Positions 12,295 through 25,097 are shown, counted from the stretch's first letter. The stretch: 64,000 nucleotides of DNA from Octopus bimaculoides (GCF_001194135.2 NC_068992.1:17877205-17941204); one strand, 5' to 3'. Notes: generated by a model from the sequence alone, not told the origin. Translations and numbers: made by a program.

Positions 12295-13030
12295 AAGATA
12301 TGTGGTCCATATGATATCGGGACAGTATTCAGAAGCAATACAACACTTCACAAATATCTTCTCCGAGTAAAACCATCCATAGAAGAGAATATGACCAAAA
12401 ACTGCGTGTACTTAATCCCATACAATTGTGGTAGGTTATACAAAGTCGAAACTTGCCCTACCCTTAAAGTAAGGGTAGAGGAACATCGTAAAGCTGTGAC
12501 ACGAGGGGATGTTGGAAAATCGGGTATAACCGATCATGTATGGAAAAATGGAAACACCTCCCGCTGTGGGATGAAGTTGGAATAATCGATAGAAAACACC
12601 ACCGGAAAACACAAAAATTAAAAGAGACTGCACATATGCTTGAACACAATAATCTCCTAAGCAGACCTAGTGCAGATATGAATGTAACATGGTAACCAGT
12701 ATTAAGAAAAGATAAAATACTAGGTTTATAAGCCCTAAAATTCACTCTATAATTGCCCACGGGCATATAGCTTAGTGGATAAGGGCGTGAGCTACTAACC
12801 CTTGGATTCTAAGGTCAATATCAACAGAAACAGGACATCATACCTTAGAAATGAGAACAGTGTAGACTGTTAGTTATATAAAGGGTTGGGATCAAAATTC
12901 CACCAGAACACCTGAGGAAGGCTGGAGAGTACATCAGCCGAAATGTTGTGATGATAACAAACAAGATGAGGACACCTATCCGTCCATTATAAATAATGTA
13001 CATAATTCCTCATCTCAAAAATATAGAATA
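12295..13030 (+). mobile_element. 5'-truncated Penelope-like retroelement: GIY-YIG endonuclease relic plus 3' pLTR region
   Basis: Frame from 12295: KICGPYDIGTVFRSNTTLHKYLLRVKPSIEENMTKNCVYLIPYNCGRLYKVETCPTLKVRVEEHRKAVTRGDVGKSGITDHVWK(fs)HLPLWDEVGIID..KLKETAHM, the VY-IPC-CG..YIGET-R-L--R--EH signature of PLE endonucleases. Confidence 0.85.
12909..12950 (+). ncRNA. Minimal type I hammerhead ribozyme motif in the Penelope 3' region
   Basis: CAC-CUGAGGA-A-GGCUG(gagaguacau)CAGCC-GAAA-UGU-U-GUG. Core intact, 5-bp stem II, 3-bp stem I, near-palindromic stem III (AUGU, possibly CpG-decayed ACGU). Confidence 0.65.
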
Positions 13031-13892
13031 ACAATTCTGATTCAATTCCAACTATGTTTGAGTTTCTATTGAATTCCATAATGACATCCTTATTTTCGAC
13101 TCACGATTAAACTCTTCAAACATACTTATGATCATAGGTTGTCTAACCTACCGATGGCCATAACTTCTTTAAAAAATTATCTCGACCTTTTAAGAGTGTT
13201 TGTCTCTGCTATTAAGATTCGAGCTTGTGGTGGGATTAGTATTTCTAGCAGGTCAAACGACCTAGTGGAGGCTCCTTCGTAGGATAGATATCACTAGTAG
13301 TTATTGTTCACCAGCAGCCTGTTCAGTTAGGCTGTAAGTTATATACTGCTCATCATTGGGAAGTGATTATCGCAATAATAGCTGATAATTGCAGTACTAA
13401 CGATTATAGTTTCAACTTTACCGCGAGTGATATGCTACATACTCATATTCCATTTATGTTATTCGAAACACATGCATAGCATATGAATAATTACTGAATT
13501 GACTTCAAACAAAGTACTATTAATGTATATCGGATTTTCCTATGATGGCTGTATATAATCACCTGATAGACAGTGGATATATGTCTCTGATGATTTGTCT
13601 CAAAAACGACAACATAGCATACGGATTCCAATTTTTTTATTCATTAAATCGTGGAACTCGAAGTAGATTGAGCTATAAATAATAACAAAAAAAAAAAGAT
13701 TGCTTTGGTACATCGGTGGAACTTCTGTTGTGTTTAGAGAAGATGTCAATTATGGTTTTCTTCAACATATTCTCCTCTAAGATTCACAGTCTTTCAGGTT
13801 TTCTAAGCCTTATAAAAGAACTCGGAAATTTGGGCTATCAACTAGGCCTTTGGTAATAACTTTAAACACAGGAACTTTTCAGCACACACTTC

Positions 13893-13948
<56 letters not shown>

Positions 13949-15089
13949 CATTTTATCAATTGCCCTATTCCCAATTGCACTAGTCTTCTCTGTAGATATT
14001 TGGTTCATTATACAAGCCTGAAATATTTAATTTTCTGAAAACAATTTATTTCTTGTAAAGTTCAGTCTGACATTTGTCAACAATCTGAATACGCCTGTAA
14101 TTTAATAATTAAGTTTATCAGCAAACAATTAGCTAATTCACACAAGAAATATAATTTCTTGCTCTATCAACTCAAGCTACGTTGCTGGAATAAATATCAA
14201 TTAATTTCAATATTCATTAGAAATACTTACAGCATTTGAATAATATTATCTATAGCAGATGGCTGTAATAATAAGGAAAATACTGTAGAAAGTAACTGAT
14301 GAAACGCTGGTTTTGAATACTTAACTGTCAGAGGAACATTTTAAAAATCTATACACATACATGTATAAACACATATATATACATAAACATACACATATAC
14401 TAATATCGACAAAGGCACCTTGTACAATTAATTGGCAATTGATAAAATTTTGATTTATATAATGTGTGTGCCGTGATAGACGATATCTGTTTATGTGTGT
14501 GTTTAAAAGGATTGATATATGCGGCTGCACGTGTGTCTATAGCTGTAGACACATTCAGGTAGCTGCTGCGATAGTGCGTTTATAATCTGCATATATATAT
14601 ATATANNNNNNNNNNNNNNNNNNNNNNNNNNNNNNNNNNNNNNNNNNNNNNNNNNNNNNNNNNNNNNNNNNNNNNNNNNNNNNNNNNNNNNNNNNNNNNN
14701 NNNNNNNNNNNNNNNNNNNNNNNNNNNNNNNNNNNNNNNNNNNNNNNNNNNNNNNNNNNNNNNNNNNNNNNNNNNNNNNNNNNNNNNNNNNNNNNNNNNN
14801 NNNNNNNNNNNNNNNNNNNNNNNNNNNNNNNNNNNNNNNNNNNNNNNNNNNNNNNNNNNNNNNNNNNNNNNNNNNNNNNNNNNNNNNNNNNNNNNNNNNN
14901 NNNNNNNNNNNNNNNNNNNNNNNNNNNNNNNNNNNNNNNNNNNNNNNNNNNNNNNNNNNNNNNNNNNNNNNNNNNNNNNNNNNNNNNNNNNNNNNNNNNN
15001 NNNNNNNNNNNNNNNNNNNNNNNNNNNNNNNNNNNNNNNNNNNNNNNNNNNNNNNNNNNNNNNNNNNNTATATATATATATATATATAG

Positions 15090-15312
15090 GTATGTATGTG
15101 TTTGCAGCTGTGCTTATCCCTCCACCATCACTTGACAACCGATGTTGGTATGTTTATGCCCCCGTAATTTAGCAAAAAAGACCGCTGGAAGAAGTTCCTG
15201 GTTTAAAAAAAGTACTAGTGTCGATTCATTCAACTAAAAAAAAAAATCAAAGAGGTGCCCCAGCATGGCCGTATTCAAATGACTGAAGCAAGTAACAGAA
15301 AGAAAATAAAAG
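15090..15312 (+). mobile_element. SINE family C 3' half (after an N gap and TA run)
   Basis: ccaccatcacttgacaaccgatgttggt...gtgccccagcatggcc...atgactgaagcaagtaa. Confidence 0.8.
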
Positions 15313-15769
15313 ATGTATATATATATATATAATAGTAAAATGTACGAAATTCGTAGGAAAGGTAAAAATCCAGAAAAATGGTGGACGCATTCGTCGCTCA
15401 TCGCTTATCGACCAAACATCCTCATAATTTCGACACTTTATAACATTGCTAACTTTCGTGGCGTCAACATCAAAACTTTGGTAGGATATAAGTGAGCGGT
15501 CATGAAGTACAGAATGGGTCGAGTACAAAAAAAGACGGGCGTTTGTTGGTTGAATGGTGTAAAATATAAAAACCGAAAATGCAAAGACGGTATCAGCAGC
15601 ATAAACAAATAATGAACGACATATACACTCATGTATGTATATACATACGCACATGTTTATATATGCATTATATGCATACGTATATATAAGTGTTTGTGCT
15701 TGTGTGTGACAACAGAACATTAGTTCATGAAGCAATATCTGTTGTTATGACAACTCGTATAATCTCTAC

Positions 15770-15941
15770 TATAGATACAAGGATTGAAATGTGGTGGAAT
15801 GGACTAGTCGGATCGCTACATATCAAATCGAATATGTTGAAAGGCAAAGTCGACCTCTGCGAAATTCGAACACAGGTTGTAAAGATCGACGAAATACCGC
15901 TAAGCATTTTGCGCAGCGTGCTAAAAATTCTGCCAGCTCAG
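15770..15941 (-). mobile_element. SINE family B, decayed
   Basis: gaaaggcaaagtcgacctctgcgaaattcgaac...gaaataccgctaagcatttt...ctgccagctca. Confidence 0.8.
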
Positions 15942-16519
15942 TATCTTGAACAACTGATATGATAACAACATGATATTTAACTATATCTGCGACCTATTAA
16001 TCCATGGATGTAATAATAGTCTACATTTGATCTCAATTAAATTCAATTCTGGAATACAAAACATTAAGTTCGATGATATGGAGTCTCATTTGCAGGATTT
16101 CTCGTGACTGACCTTTCATTTTTTCACCTCATTATTACTTGCTTTACTTCTCCGTTTTCACTTTTATCAATTACATTCTCTTTCCAGTGCTTTCCTCAAA
16201 TGATAACCTTCTCCTTTGATGTCTTTAACTATTATTTCAAACATGTGAATATTCGGTTGTCCCTATATGGCTGTTCCCAGACAATATTGCTATTCTCTTA
16301 TTGGGAGTTCACTTAGTGAGTCGTGATAATTGAAACTAAATGTTAGAGTTTTTTTCTCTCTCCATATAACCTTACTCTTTACTCTATGTGTAACATCACG
16401 CCACCTTACCTCAACAATCAAATTATCGAACGGCAACTACACATGACATTTTGCAATCATATAAAGAATACTTTTCTTTCAATGACGACACTTCAAAAAG
16501 CACATTTCTCTCTTCACAT

Positions 16520-16820
16520 ACATACATACATACATATATACATACATACATACATGCATGCATACAAACATACATACAAACATACACACACATAAACCTA
16601 CATACCTACCTACACACATAAATAGGTACGCAGTATACATATATATATACACGCACGTAAATACATAGATACATTCATGTATATAAATCTATACGTGTGC
16701 ATGTATGTACGTATGTATGTATATATTACGAATATATCAAAATACAGATATAAAATTTTGAACCATACAAATATAGATATAGACACACAAATACACACGC
16801 ATATATGTATGTGTATACAC

Positions 16821-16855
<35 letters not shown>

Positions 16856-17222
16856 ACGAAAAAGAGAGATACATATAGTATGTAAATACATATATATCTA
16901 TATATTTATCTACCTATCTATATATATGTGTGTGTATGTGCCTTTGCTCGTTTGGGTATATGTATACTTACTAGTATATGCAAGGAAGGGAGGGTGGAAA
17001 GTGAATAATAGGGTAAATGAAAAAAAAAACTGAGTAAATAGAGAGATGACTGATAAATAGCCAGGCCTGTAAATCAGTAGATAGAAATATAATATATACA
17101 TATATAAGAAAACAGAGGGGAAGAAAGAGAGAAAGAAAAGGCGAGTGCGTAGAGAAAAGAAATAACGATAGATGAATATAAGTGAAAAAGGGAGAGAGAG
17201 AGAGAGAGAGAGATAGAGAGAA

Positions 17223-17304
<82 letters not shown>

Positions 17305-17325
17305 AGAGCGAGCGAGAGAGAGAGA
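16520..17325. repeat. Compound (TACA)n/(TA)n/(GA)n microsatellite region
   Basis: Directly visible. Confidence 0.9.
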
Positions 17326-18564
17326 AATATGTATGAGTGGGTGTAATCGAAAGACATTTTTATGTGGAGTTTGTAATTTTGTTATCAGTGACTAATTGTC
17401 CAGTAAATCATCATTGTCCGCCGATCTTGACTGCAAAACCAATTGATTTGTACTGAATAAATTTATGTTCACTGTTTCTTGTAAAAGAATGACTAGATGG
17501 AAAAGTTGTTGACTTCCAGCTATTATATATCGTTAATAAAATGTCAAGATCTGCAATGCTACGAGGTCATCTTGCATTGCGTGGAATTAAATATTATGTT
17601 TCCGTTTGTTTAAAGAAAATTGACATTGTCAGTGGATGTTTTGTTTATATTACGACTGTCACGACATAGAAGGCATAATTTTTAGAAATGTTTGTTGCGC
17701 ATTTCTCAAAGTACCATCTGGTAATTCCAGACCGAGCGTTGGCTCCTTTTAACTGCATTTGATAATGAAAGTATGGAGGAAGTTTGAGAGCAGTTCGTTT
17801 CTGGGGGTGCATGGCTGGGAAAATGATCCGAAAATTGATTTCAGTTGAATGTTTAGGAAATGATGAAGTGTTACGATAACGAGAGAAAAGACATTTGCAT
17901 TGATTTCTGGGTGGGATTGTACACACTTTGGTATGAAAATAATTGGATTTACAATAGAAATGATAGAGGGAGATCTCAGTACATCGATGCTAGGGTGACG
18001 TCATGGCGACTGGATACTACATTTTTTATTAGTCGGATGTCATTTTCTGGATTTGGCAGTTGATTTATTCTAGATATATAACTAGTACTGATATAAAATC
18101 ATGTAAAATATCAGTCATAAGAAGAATCTCTGCAAATCAATTACCTTTATCAAATGTGTGAGTGCAACGAAAAGTTATCAGAGACTGTGAGACCAAATTC
18201 GAATGCTTTAGCTATATATTTCCCATGGACGAATTAATGGTGAGTGTTTCAGAGATATGAGCAATTACTGTATTGAAACTGTGAAGTCAAAATTTTCATA
18301 CAGAATGTTTCCAAGCTCTCTGAACATAAAAGCTGCTTATTTAATTACCATGATTATTACAGCAGCGAATTGGCAGAGACAAAACAGCGTTGTATAGAAT
18401 GGTACGCGATATTTATTTAGACTGGCTGTGTTCTGCTTTCAAGTCTGACCGCAGTTAGTTTTACTTTTGGCGTTGATGACAAAATGTACCAAACTAGGGT
18501 GTGATTTAGTTAAAATGTGAAGGGTCGAGCAAGATACCTCATGATAGTTATTCCTCTTCTCAAC

Positions 18565-18900
18565 TTACGTCAGCACTTCGTTCCCTATGGAGCACAGTCC
18601 ATCGACATCATCTACTGTTCTCAGCTATGGTCTGTCGAAGATGAATTCCTATCTCAGGTTTTATTGGTTTAGAATAGTCATTAACGATTCTGTAACTTTG
18701 CTGTTTTTTTCTACGTATGGATGCTGGCCCAACGTAAACTCATTTTTACCTCTGGAAAGAGGTATTCCATATTTGTCTGGCCTCTATTCATGACCTGTTC
18801 GGCATGGGATGTCTCATCAAAAGCTTACTCTCAAGGTCATCGAGACATATAAAGTAACACGCCGCAACAACGACTGGAGCTTGTGATAGAATCCTGTTCT
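18565..18900 (-). mobile_element. RTE-clade LINE 3' end remnant, heavily decayed
   Basis: Minus strand ends ...TIAENSR(fs)DVDGLCSIGNEVLT*, similar to the A-DR--WR--V--LCS terminus of RTE ORF2. Confidence 0.45.
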
Positions 18901-19176
18901 GTGCATTCTGATAACATTGTCTGAGAAGTAATTACTGCAGAGCTGTTACAAATTAAACCACTGAGAGGTATTTCTCAAAAATCACCTACATGTGGATATG
19001 AATGGCTAACTCTGACCATTACAGACCCTTAACTTCTTTTCTTCACTATGTGTTTTTCAATGAGCGCTAATGGAGCAGACAACCCACGAAATTTAGTACG
19101 CTAAACGATAGGATATGACTCAGATATATAGAGGACTGTTTTCTACGTGTATTTGATTATTACTTCTCTGTTGCAA

Positions 19177-19317
19177 GACAGTGAACTGGTTGAATGATTA
19201 GCGCGTTTGAGAAAATGCTTGGTGGCAATCTTTCCGGATCTTTACGTTCTCCGTACAAATACCGTTAAGGTCATCTTTGCTTTCTTTCCTTCAGGTTCGA
19301 TAGAGTAAAGAACCATT
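19177..19317 (+). mobile_element. SINE family B, decayed
   Basis: agtgaactggttgaatgattagc...aaaatgcttgg...tttacgttct...ctttgctttc. Confidence 0.6.
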
Positions 19318-20823
19318 CAAGAACTAAGAGTGGATGTAACCGTTTATCCTTCCCTTAAAACTGCTGATCTTGTACCAAAATTTGGAAGAATTCTTTCCCT
19401 GTAACATCGCTGAAGTTTGGGATTTAGTTTCTTATTTCTAGCCATTTTATTTGTTAATGAGACTGCAGTCTTTCTTTTAATCGCTGTTAGAGCCACTAAT
19501 GCAAAAACAAAAACAAGTTGCAAATATCTAAATTCAGCCAATAACAAATTTTCTTTACTTCTTTTTTTTTGTATTTGAATTTACATTGCAAATTTGGGAA
19601 GTTAATAGGAATGCAAGTTCCCTTGTACTTTTTTTTCCGCTAACTTTCTCCAAATATATTACGATTTCGAATCCTATCGTATATGTCTCTGATTTCCATT
19701 CAATTTGTGATGATAACTAAATACCAGTAATACACTACTGTTTATTCAACTAGCAATTAATTTAATCCATAAAGCCTGTTCGTTTTCTCAATACCACAAT
19801 ATTATTCTACACTGAAAATTTATAATATTTAGTCTTCCTGTTGGGCTTTGCTATTGTGTCTTCAAACATTACTTGTTTAAGATTCGATTCTTAATTAAAA
19901 GATTATTTACATGTCTACTTTACAAACCACATCAAATATGCACGAGTGTATTTAGTCTTGTTTTCGATTAACAGGCGAGTCATGCAAATGTATTACCAGT
20001 ATGTTTTGCAAATGTAAACATACACACATGAAATAAGGATATAAATGAGTATATTTCGTTTGTTGAACACTTAGGCAGCTGGCTGTTTAAGGTTCCTTTT
20101 AGAACGATGAATATAATGAAGCAGAGTTTTAAATAATGGTTGTTATTTTAAAATGCCGCTTTAATCTCGCTACCTTGCAATAACTTAGTTCGTTTGTTTT
20201 CTTTGCCAACTCACAAACCTTCGTTCCTTTCCTTTGATAAGTTGAGCGTGAGATAATCAAGACTTTCACATAAACCAACCAATCAAACGATCGCACCGCT
20301 TTTGGACTTGTGTAGCCATTTTAATTTACGTCGTATATAAAGTAGGTCAACATTAGGTCGGTAATCAGACTATGTTTAGTAGGAAGCTCCAAAAATCGAT
20401 GCAGTAAATTTGTTTGATCGCCGCTACAAATAGCCTTTTAGCAACATATACGTAAATTAGTGTGGAAATTCAATCACACGCTCTAAGGTTTGAAAAAAGA
20501 AAAGTGTATTCATGTTTAATTATTTACGAAAGTTAAGCAGACGTGATCGGACCTTTTTTTAAAAATATCAACATAACAAGCTTACACAAAATATCTATTG
20601 TTTTTTAAAACCATGAGGATATATTTTTCATTTAACAGGTATTTATCTCATTGGCCCTGGAGGGAAGAATGATCGACACAGCTTTCTTGGATTTCAAAGT
20701 GTAAGAAGGATGTAAAATCCATATAGCTACTATAAAATGTTTCTGCAAATTTTCAGTTATTGATTAAAATATTGTTTTTACTTGTTACAAGGTTTCGACA
20801 TTTTAGGCGGGAAAAAGAGGGAA

Positions 20824-20933
20824 GAAGATGATGATGATGATTATGATGATGACGAAGAAGAAGAAGAAGAAGAAGAAGAAGAAGAAGAAGAAGAAGAAGA
20901 AGAAGAAGAAGAAGAAGAAGAAGAAGAAGAAAG
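20824..20933 (+). repeat. (GAT)n-(GAA)n trinucleotide microsatellite
   Basis: Directly visible. Confidence 0.95.
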
Positions 20934-21766
20934 AGACTGAATAGATATGCATGTAATATTTATACGTTCCAAGGACATAAGTGGCATAAAAGAAGTGAAA
21001 TGAGTTTAAACGGGAATTTGGAACATTACAGACTTGGTTTGTTTGAATTTACATCTTGCCTAACGAAACTCAACAACAAATATATTACGTAAACTATTGG
21101 GCTTCTTTTTTACTTCCAGTGTTTGCAGAATAAAGATACAGACAAAATATATAGCTTTTAGTGTATTAGAGGTAATTGCTTTACGTAATGAAAGGAAATG
21201 TCGACTCTAATGTGATTTGAACATATAATAGAATGAGACAAAGCTAAATATTGTATTTATATGAAAAACATTATCGCTTCTACCAACTATCTGTCGTTAA
21301 ATTAAACACGATATGGAGCAGAGTGAAAAAAATTAGATAAAAATAAACAATTTAAATTTCATTTTAACTGTAAGAACGATAAATATTTTAGAAAGAAAAT
21401 ATTTGAAAAATAGTAAAAAGAAAAAGATACCCCCAAAACCAGACAAATATAACTGAAGCAAAATTAAGAAAAGCGATTCTGGAGGAAGAGAGGGGAAAAG
21501 AGAAAGAGAAGGAGGGAGTGAGAGTAAAAGAAAAACATGGTTAATAGAAGTGAGAAGAAAGACAGATTTGTGTTGCAGAAAAGATCCAAACTAATAGGTT
21601 TGTAAATAATTTAATAGTTTGAAACAGCTATTACTTAACAAGAAAATAATTTCGGTAAACAGAATCTTATTTAAAGAAATGTAATCAATAAAAATAAAAT
21701 TCTTGTTAAATATATTCTGAAAGATTGCCATAATTTAATTTAAAATAAAAACAAAATATTTAAAGC

Positions 21767-21801
<35 letters not shown>

Positions 21802-21898
21802 ATGTGTGTGTGTGTGCGTGTGTGTGTGTGCGTGTAAATGTATATATGTATATATATACACGCATAATGTATTTATGTGTAATATATATATATATGCA

Positions 21899-21983
<85 letters not shown>

Positions 21984-22218
21984 TATATATATGCGTTACA
22001 TATATATGTATGTCGCTATATATAAATATATACATGTATATATATGTGTGTGTGCATATATATGTGTATATGTATATATATATGATTTNNNNNNNNNNNN
22101 NNNNNNNNNNNNNNNNNNNNNNNNNNNNNNNNNNNNNNNNNNNNNNNNNNNNNNNNNNNNNNNNNNNNNNNNNNNNNNNNNNNNNNNNNNNNNNNNNNNN
22201 NNNNNNNATATATATGCA

Positions 22219-22303
<85 letters not shown>

Positions 22304-22796
22304 TATATATATGCGTTACATATATATGTATGTCGCTATATATAAATATATACATGTATATATATGTGTGTGTGCATATATATGTGTATATGTATATATA
22401 TATGATTTCTTGGATGAACAGAGATTATACTAGACAGGTTTATACATGTCTATCTATTTTATTGCTCATGTAGTTTAGCGTCCCATGTTATATTTTCACA
22501 AGAAACAAATAGGGAGGTATTTGTCAATTATCCTCCGACAGTTTGTTTTTCTTGATATATTGACTCTTTTTCATTTGTCCCTTCCTCATTAATCACCACA
22601 CATCATATATATATTGCATACATATAAGAGGGATGACCACTAAATGGACAACCATTATGCTAGAAGACCACCTATGGTCTTATCACTAAGAAAAGATTGT
22701 TCTCAAGAAAATTCAGCAAACGCCTAAACGTAAGCGAGCAAGACAAATGGAAAGATACAAACATAAAGATTAATCACAAACGCGGTTTCGTTGTTG

Positions 22797-23093
22797 CCAC
22801 TTACGTAATTACTTGCGTAAACGTCCGCAACTTATCCGTGTGATCGTCATAGTAATATAATTTGCAGAACTATACACGAGACGTCCGCATGAGATTGAAC
22901 ATGTATATAGTTCTACCAATTATATTTGGGGTTTTATTTCAAAAGTCTTCGTTTCGGCGCGCCAAATGTAATTGGTAGAACTATATACATGTTCAATCTC
23001 ATGCGGACGTCTCGTGTATAGTTCTGCAAATTATATTGCTATGACGATCACATTGATGAGTTGCGGACATTTACATATGTAATTACGTAATGG
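22797..23093. repeat. Long palindrome / foldback (MITE-like): 129-bp arms, 32-bp spacer
   Basis: Arms 22801-22929 and 22962-23090 are reverse complements with 9 mismatches by my count. Confidence 0.92.
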
Positions 23094-23120
23094 TTTTTAA
23101 TGAATGGACTACTATTGTTA

Positions 23121-23171
23121 TGGGTTCTTCCTTCCCCTACTCTGACTTAGAGTAGAGGAAGGGAGAACCCA
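23121..23171. other. Hairpin with a 23-bp stem and 5-nt loop
   Basis: tgggttcttccttcccctactct-gactt-agagtagaggaagggagaaccca; one mismatch and one G-U pair on the + strand. Confidence 0.85.
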
Positions 23172-23329
23172 CGATTATTTTAAGGCCCTCTGACATGTGT
23201 TTAGGAAGCGATAGAGTTGCCCACCGTTCGGAGACACGGCCCCAAACGCTTGCGATAGAGCAAAAACCCATTAATTTAGGCAAGTATCACGTGGTTGTAT
23301 TGAGGTATGTGGCGTATTAACCAATCTGT

Positions 23330-23452
23330 CAACTCTGAAAGGGATGAAAGGCAAAGTCGACTTCCGCAGGATTTGGACTAATAACGCAAAGATGGATGAA
23401 GTGCTGCTAAACATTTTGCCTGGCATGCTAACCATTCTACTTGCTTCCCGCC
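23330..23452 (-). mobile_element. SINE family B 5' part
   Basis: gggatgaaaggcaaagtcgacttccgcaggatttg...ctaaacattttgcctggcatgctaac. Confidence 0.75.
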
Positions 23453-23743
23453 TTATTTTTTGCCTTAATATTAATGTAACGAATTGTGTAAAATGCTTGC
23501 AATTAGATCAAATGTACTTCGCAAACTTTAATTTTACGGTTCCGACTAAAACAATTATAGATATTGGTGTCTTTTAAGTGGAATATAGAAAGGAGGTAAG
23601 TAATACGCTTGATTTGTACAAAGGCATATTATATTCTGCTTAAGCAGTATATCGCACCATCTCGTGTTTATACTAAAAAAGCTCTCTGAAGGAATGAAAT
23701 CGTCATGTCTTTCCCATACTCTAAACAATTTTAACTTTAGAAA

Positions 23744-23875
23744 TTGTTCCAGGTTCAGTCCTACTGCGGGGAAATCGTGAGCGATTGTATTCTACAGTAC
23801 CCTCAGGCAGCCGAGCAAAGCCTTGTGAGTGGATTTGATAGGCAGAAACTGAAAGAAACAAGTCGTATATATATA

Positions 23876-23923
<48 letters not shown>
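23744..23923 (+). mobile_element. SINE family C 5' half running into (TG)n and an N gap
   Basis: ccaggttcagtcctactgcgg...caaagccttgtgagtggatttgataggcagaaactgaaagaa. Confidence 0.8.
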
Positions 23924-24340
23924 NNNNNNNNNNNNNNNNNNNNNNNNNNNNNNNNNNNNNNNNNNNNNNNNNNNNNNNNNNNNNNNNNNNNNNNNNNNNN
24001 NNNNNNNNNNNNNNNNNNNNNNNNNNNNNNNNNNNNNNNNNNNNNNNNNNNNNNNNNNNNNNNNNNNNNNNNNNNNNNNNNNNNNNNNNNNNNNNNNNNN
24101 NNNNNNNNNNNNNNNNNNNNNNNNNNNNNNGTCATGGAAATAACAGCAATTTGAAAATAGTTTACCAGTTTCTTGGCTTATCTCACCAATAGGAGACAGG
24201 ATTGGCAGTCATCCTTTTCTCAAATCAAAAAAATCTTTAATGGAATCAAGGCGCTTAAATTTTTCCTTAACCTAAATCTTTGATCGGAATAACGACGAGG
24301 TGTCAGCTGAATCACTGAGATCTCCAAAGAGTTTGATTCT

Positions 24341-24762
24341 ATATTCTTTTCTACTCTAGGCATAAGGCCCAAAAATTTTGGGGGAGGGAGCCAGTTGATT
24401 AGATCGACCCCAGTACGCAACTGATACTCAATTTATCGATCCCGAAGGGATGAAAAGCAAAGTCGACCTCGGCGAAATTTGAACTCAGAACGTAGCAACA
24501 GAAAAAATAGCGCTAAGTCTCCGTCAGCTCGCCGCCTTAAAGAATATATTCTTTTCTACACTAGGCACAAGGCTCGAAATTTTAGGGGAGGGGACCAGTC
24601 AATTAGATCGATCGTAGTACGCAAAAGTACTCAATTTATCGACCCCGAATGGATGAAAGGCAAGATCGACCTAGGGAGGAATTTGAACTCAGAACGCAAA
24701 GACAGACGAAATACCGCTAAGCATTTCTCCCGGCGTGCTAACATTTCTGCCAGCTCACCGTC
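24341..24762 (-). mobile_element. Head-to-tail dimer of SINE family B (24341-24536 and 24546-24762)
   Basis: Two colinear copies; outer flanks agtttgattctat (24330-24342) and agttcgattctat (24765-24777) match 12/13. Confidence 0.85.
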
Positions 24763-25097
24763 TTAGTTCGATTCTATTCTGTATGTCACTCATTTCACCT
24801 TTCTTCAATTTCTTTTCAACTGAGCTCATTTTGTCAAAATTTATTTGAACAGGCAGGGAGAATTGGACTCTTGACCGATTTCGTAGCTACCCCCGCATGA
24901 ACGGAAGTGATGTAATTTCGAACAGGAAGCCATGTTTTTTGGACATCATTTTTGATTTAACGGAATGTTACATCACATACTTCTGTGCTCACTTAAAAAT
25001 GAGAAAGATTTGCAAATATCCTTGAGGCGAATGTAGTTATTACGAATTAATGCACATACATAAATACATCCATGCTTTTGTTTATGAGTTTTAAACC

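Noticed and set aside
19344-19495. Minus-strand open frame after an acceptor (tgtttttgcattag): VALTAIKRK...
   Set aside because: No recognisable protein and cannot be linked to other exons from sequence alone.
21890-22405. ~200-bp direct repeat on both sides of the N gap at 22089-22207
   Set aside because: Identical sequence flanking a gap is a typical scaffolding overlap artefact; the same applies to 27230-27365 and 29720-29830.
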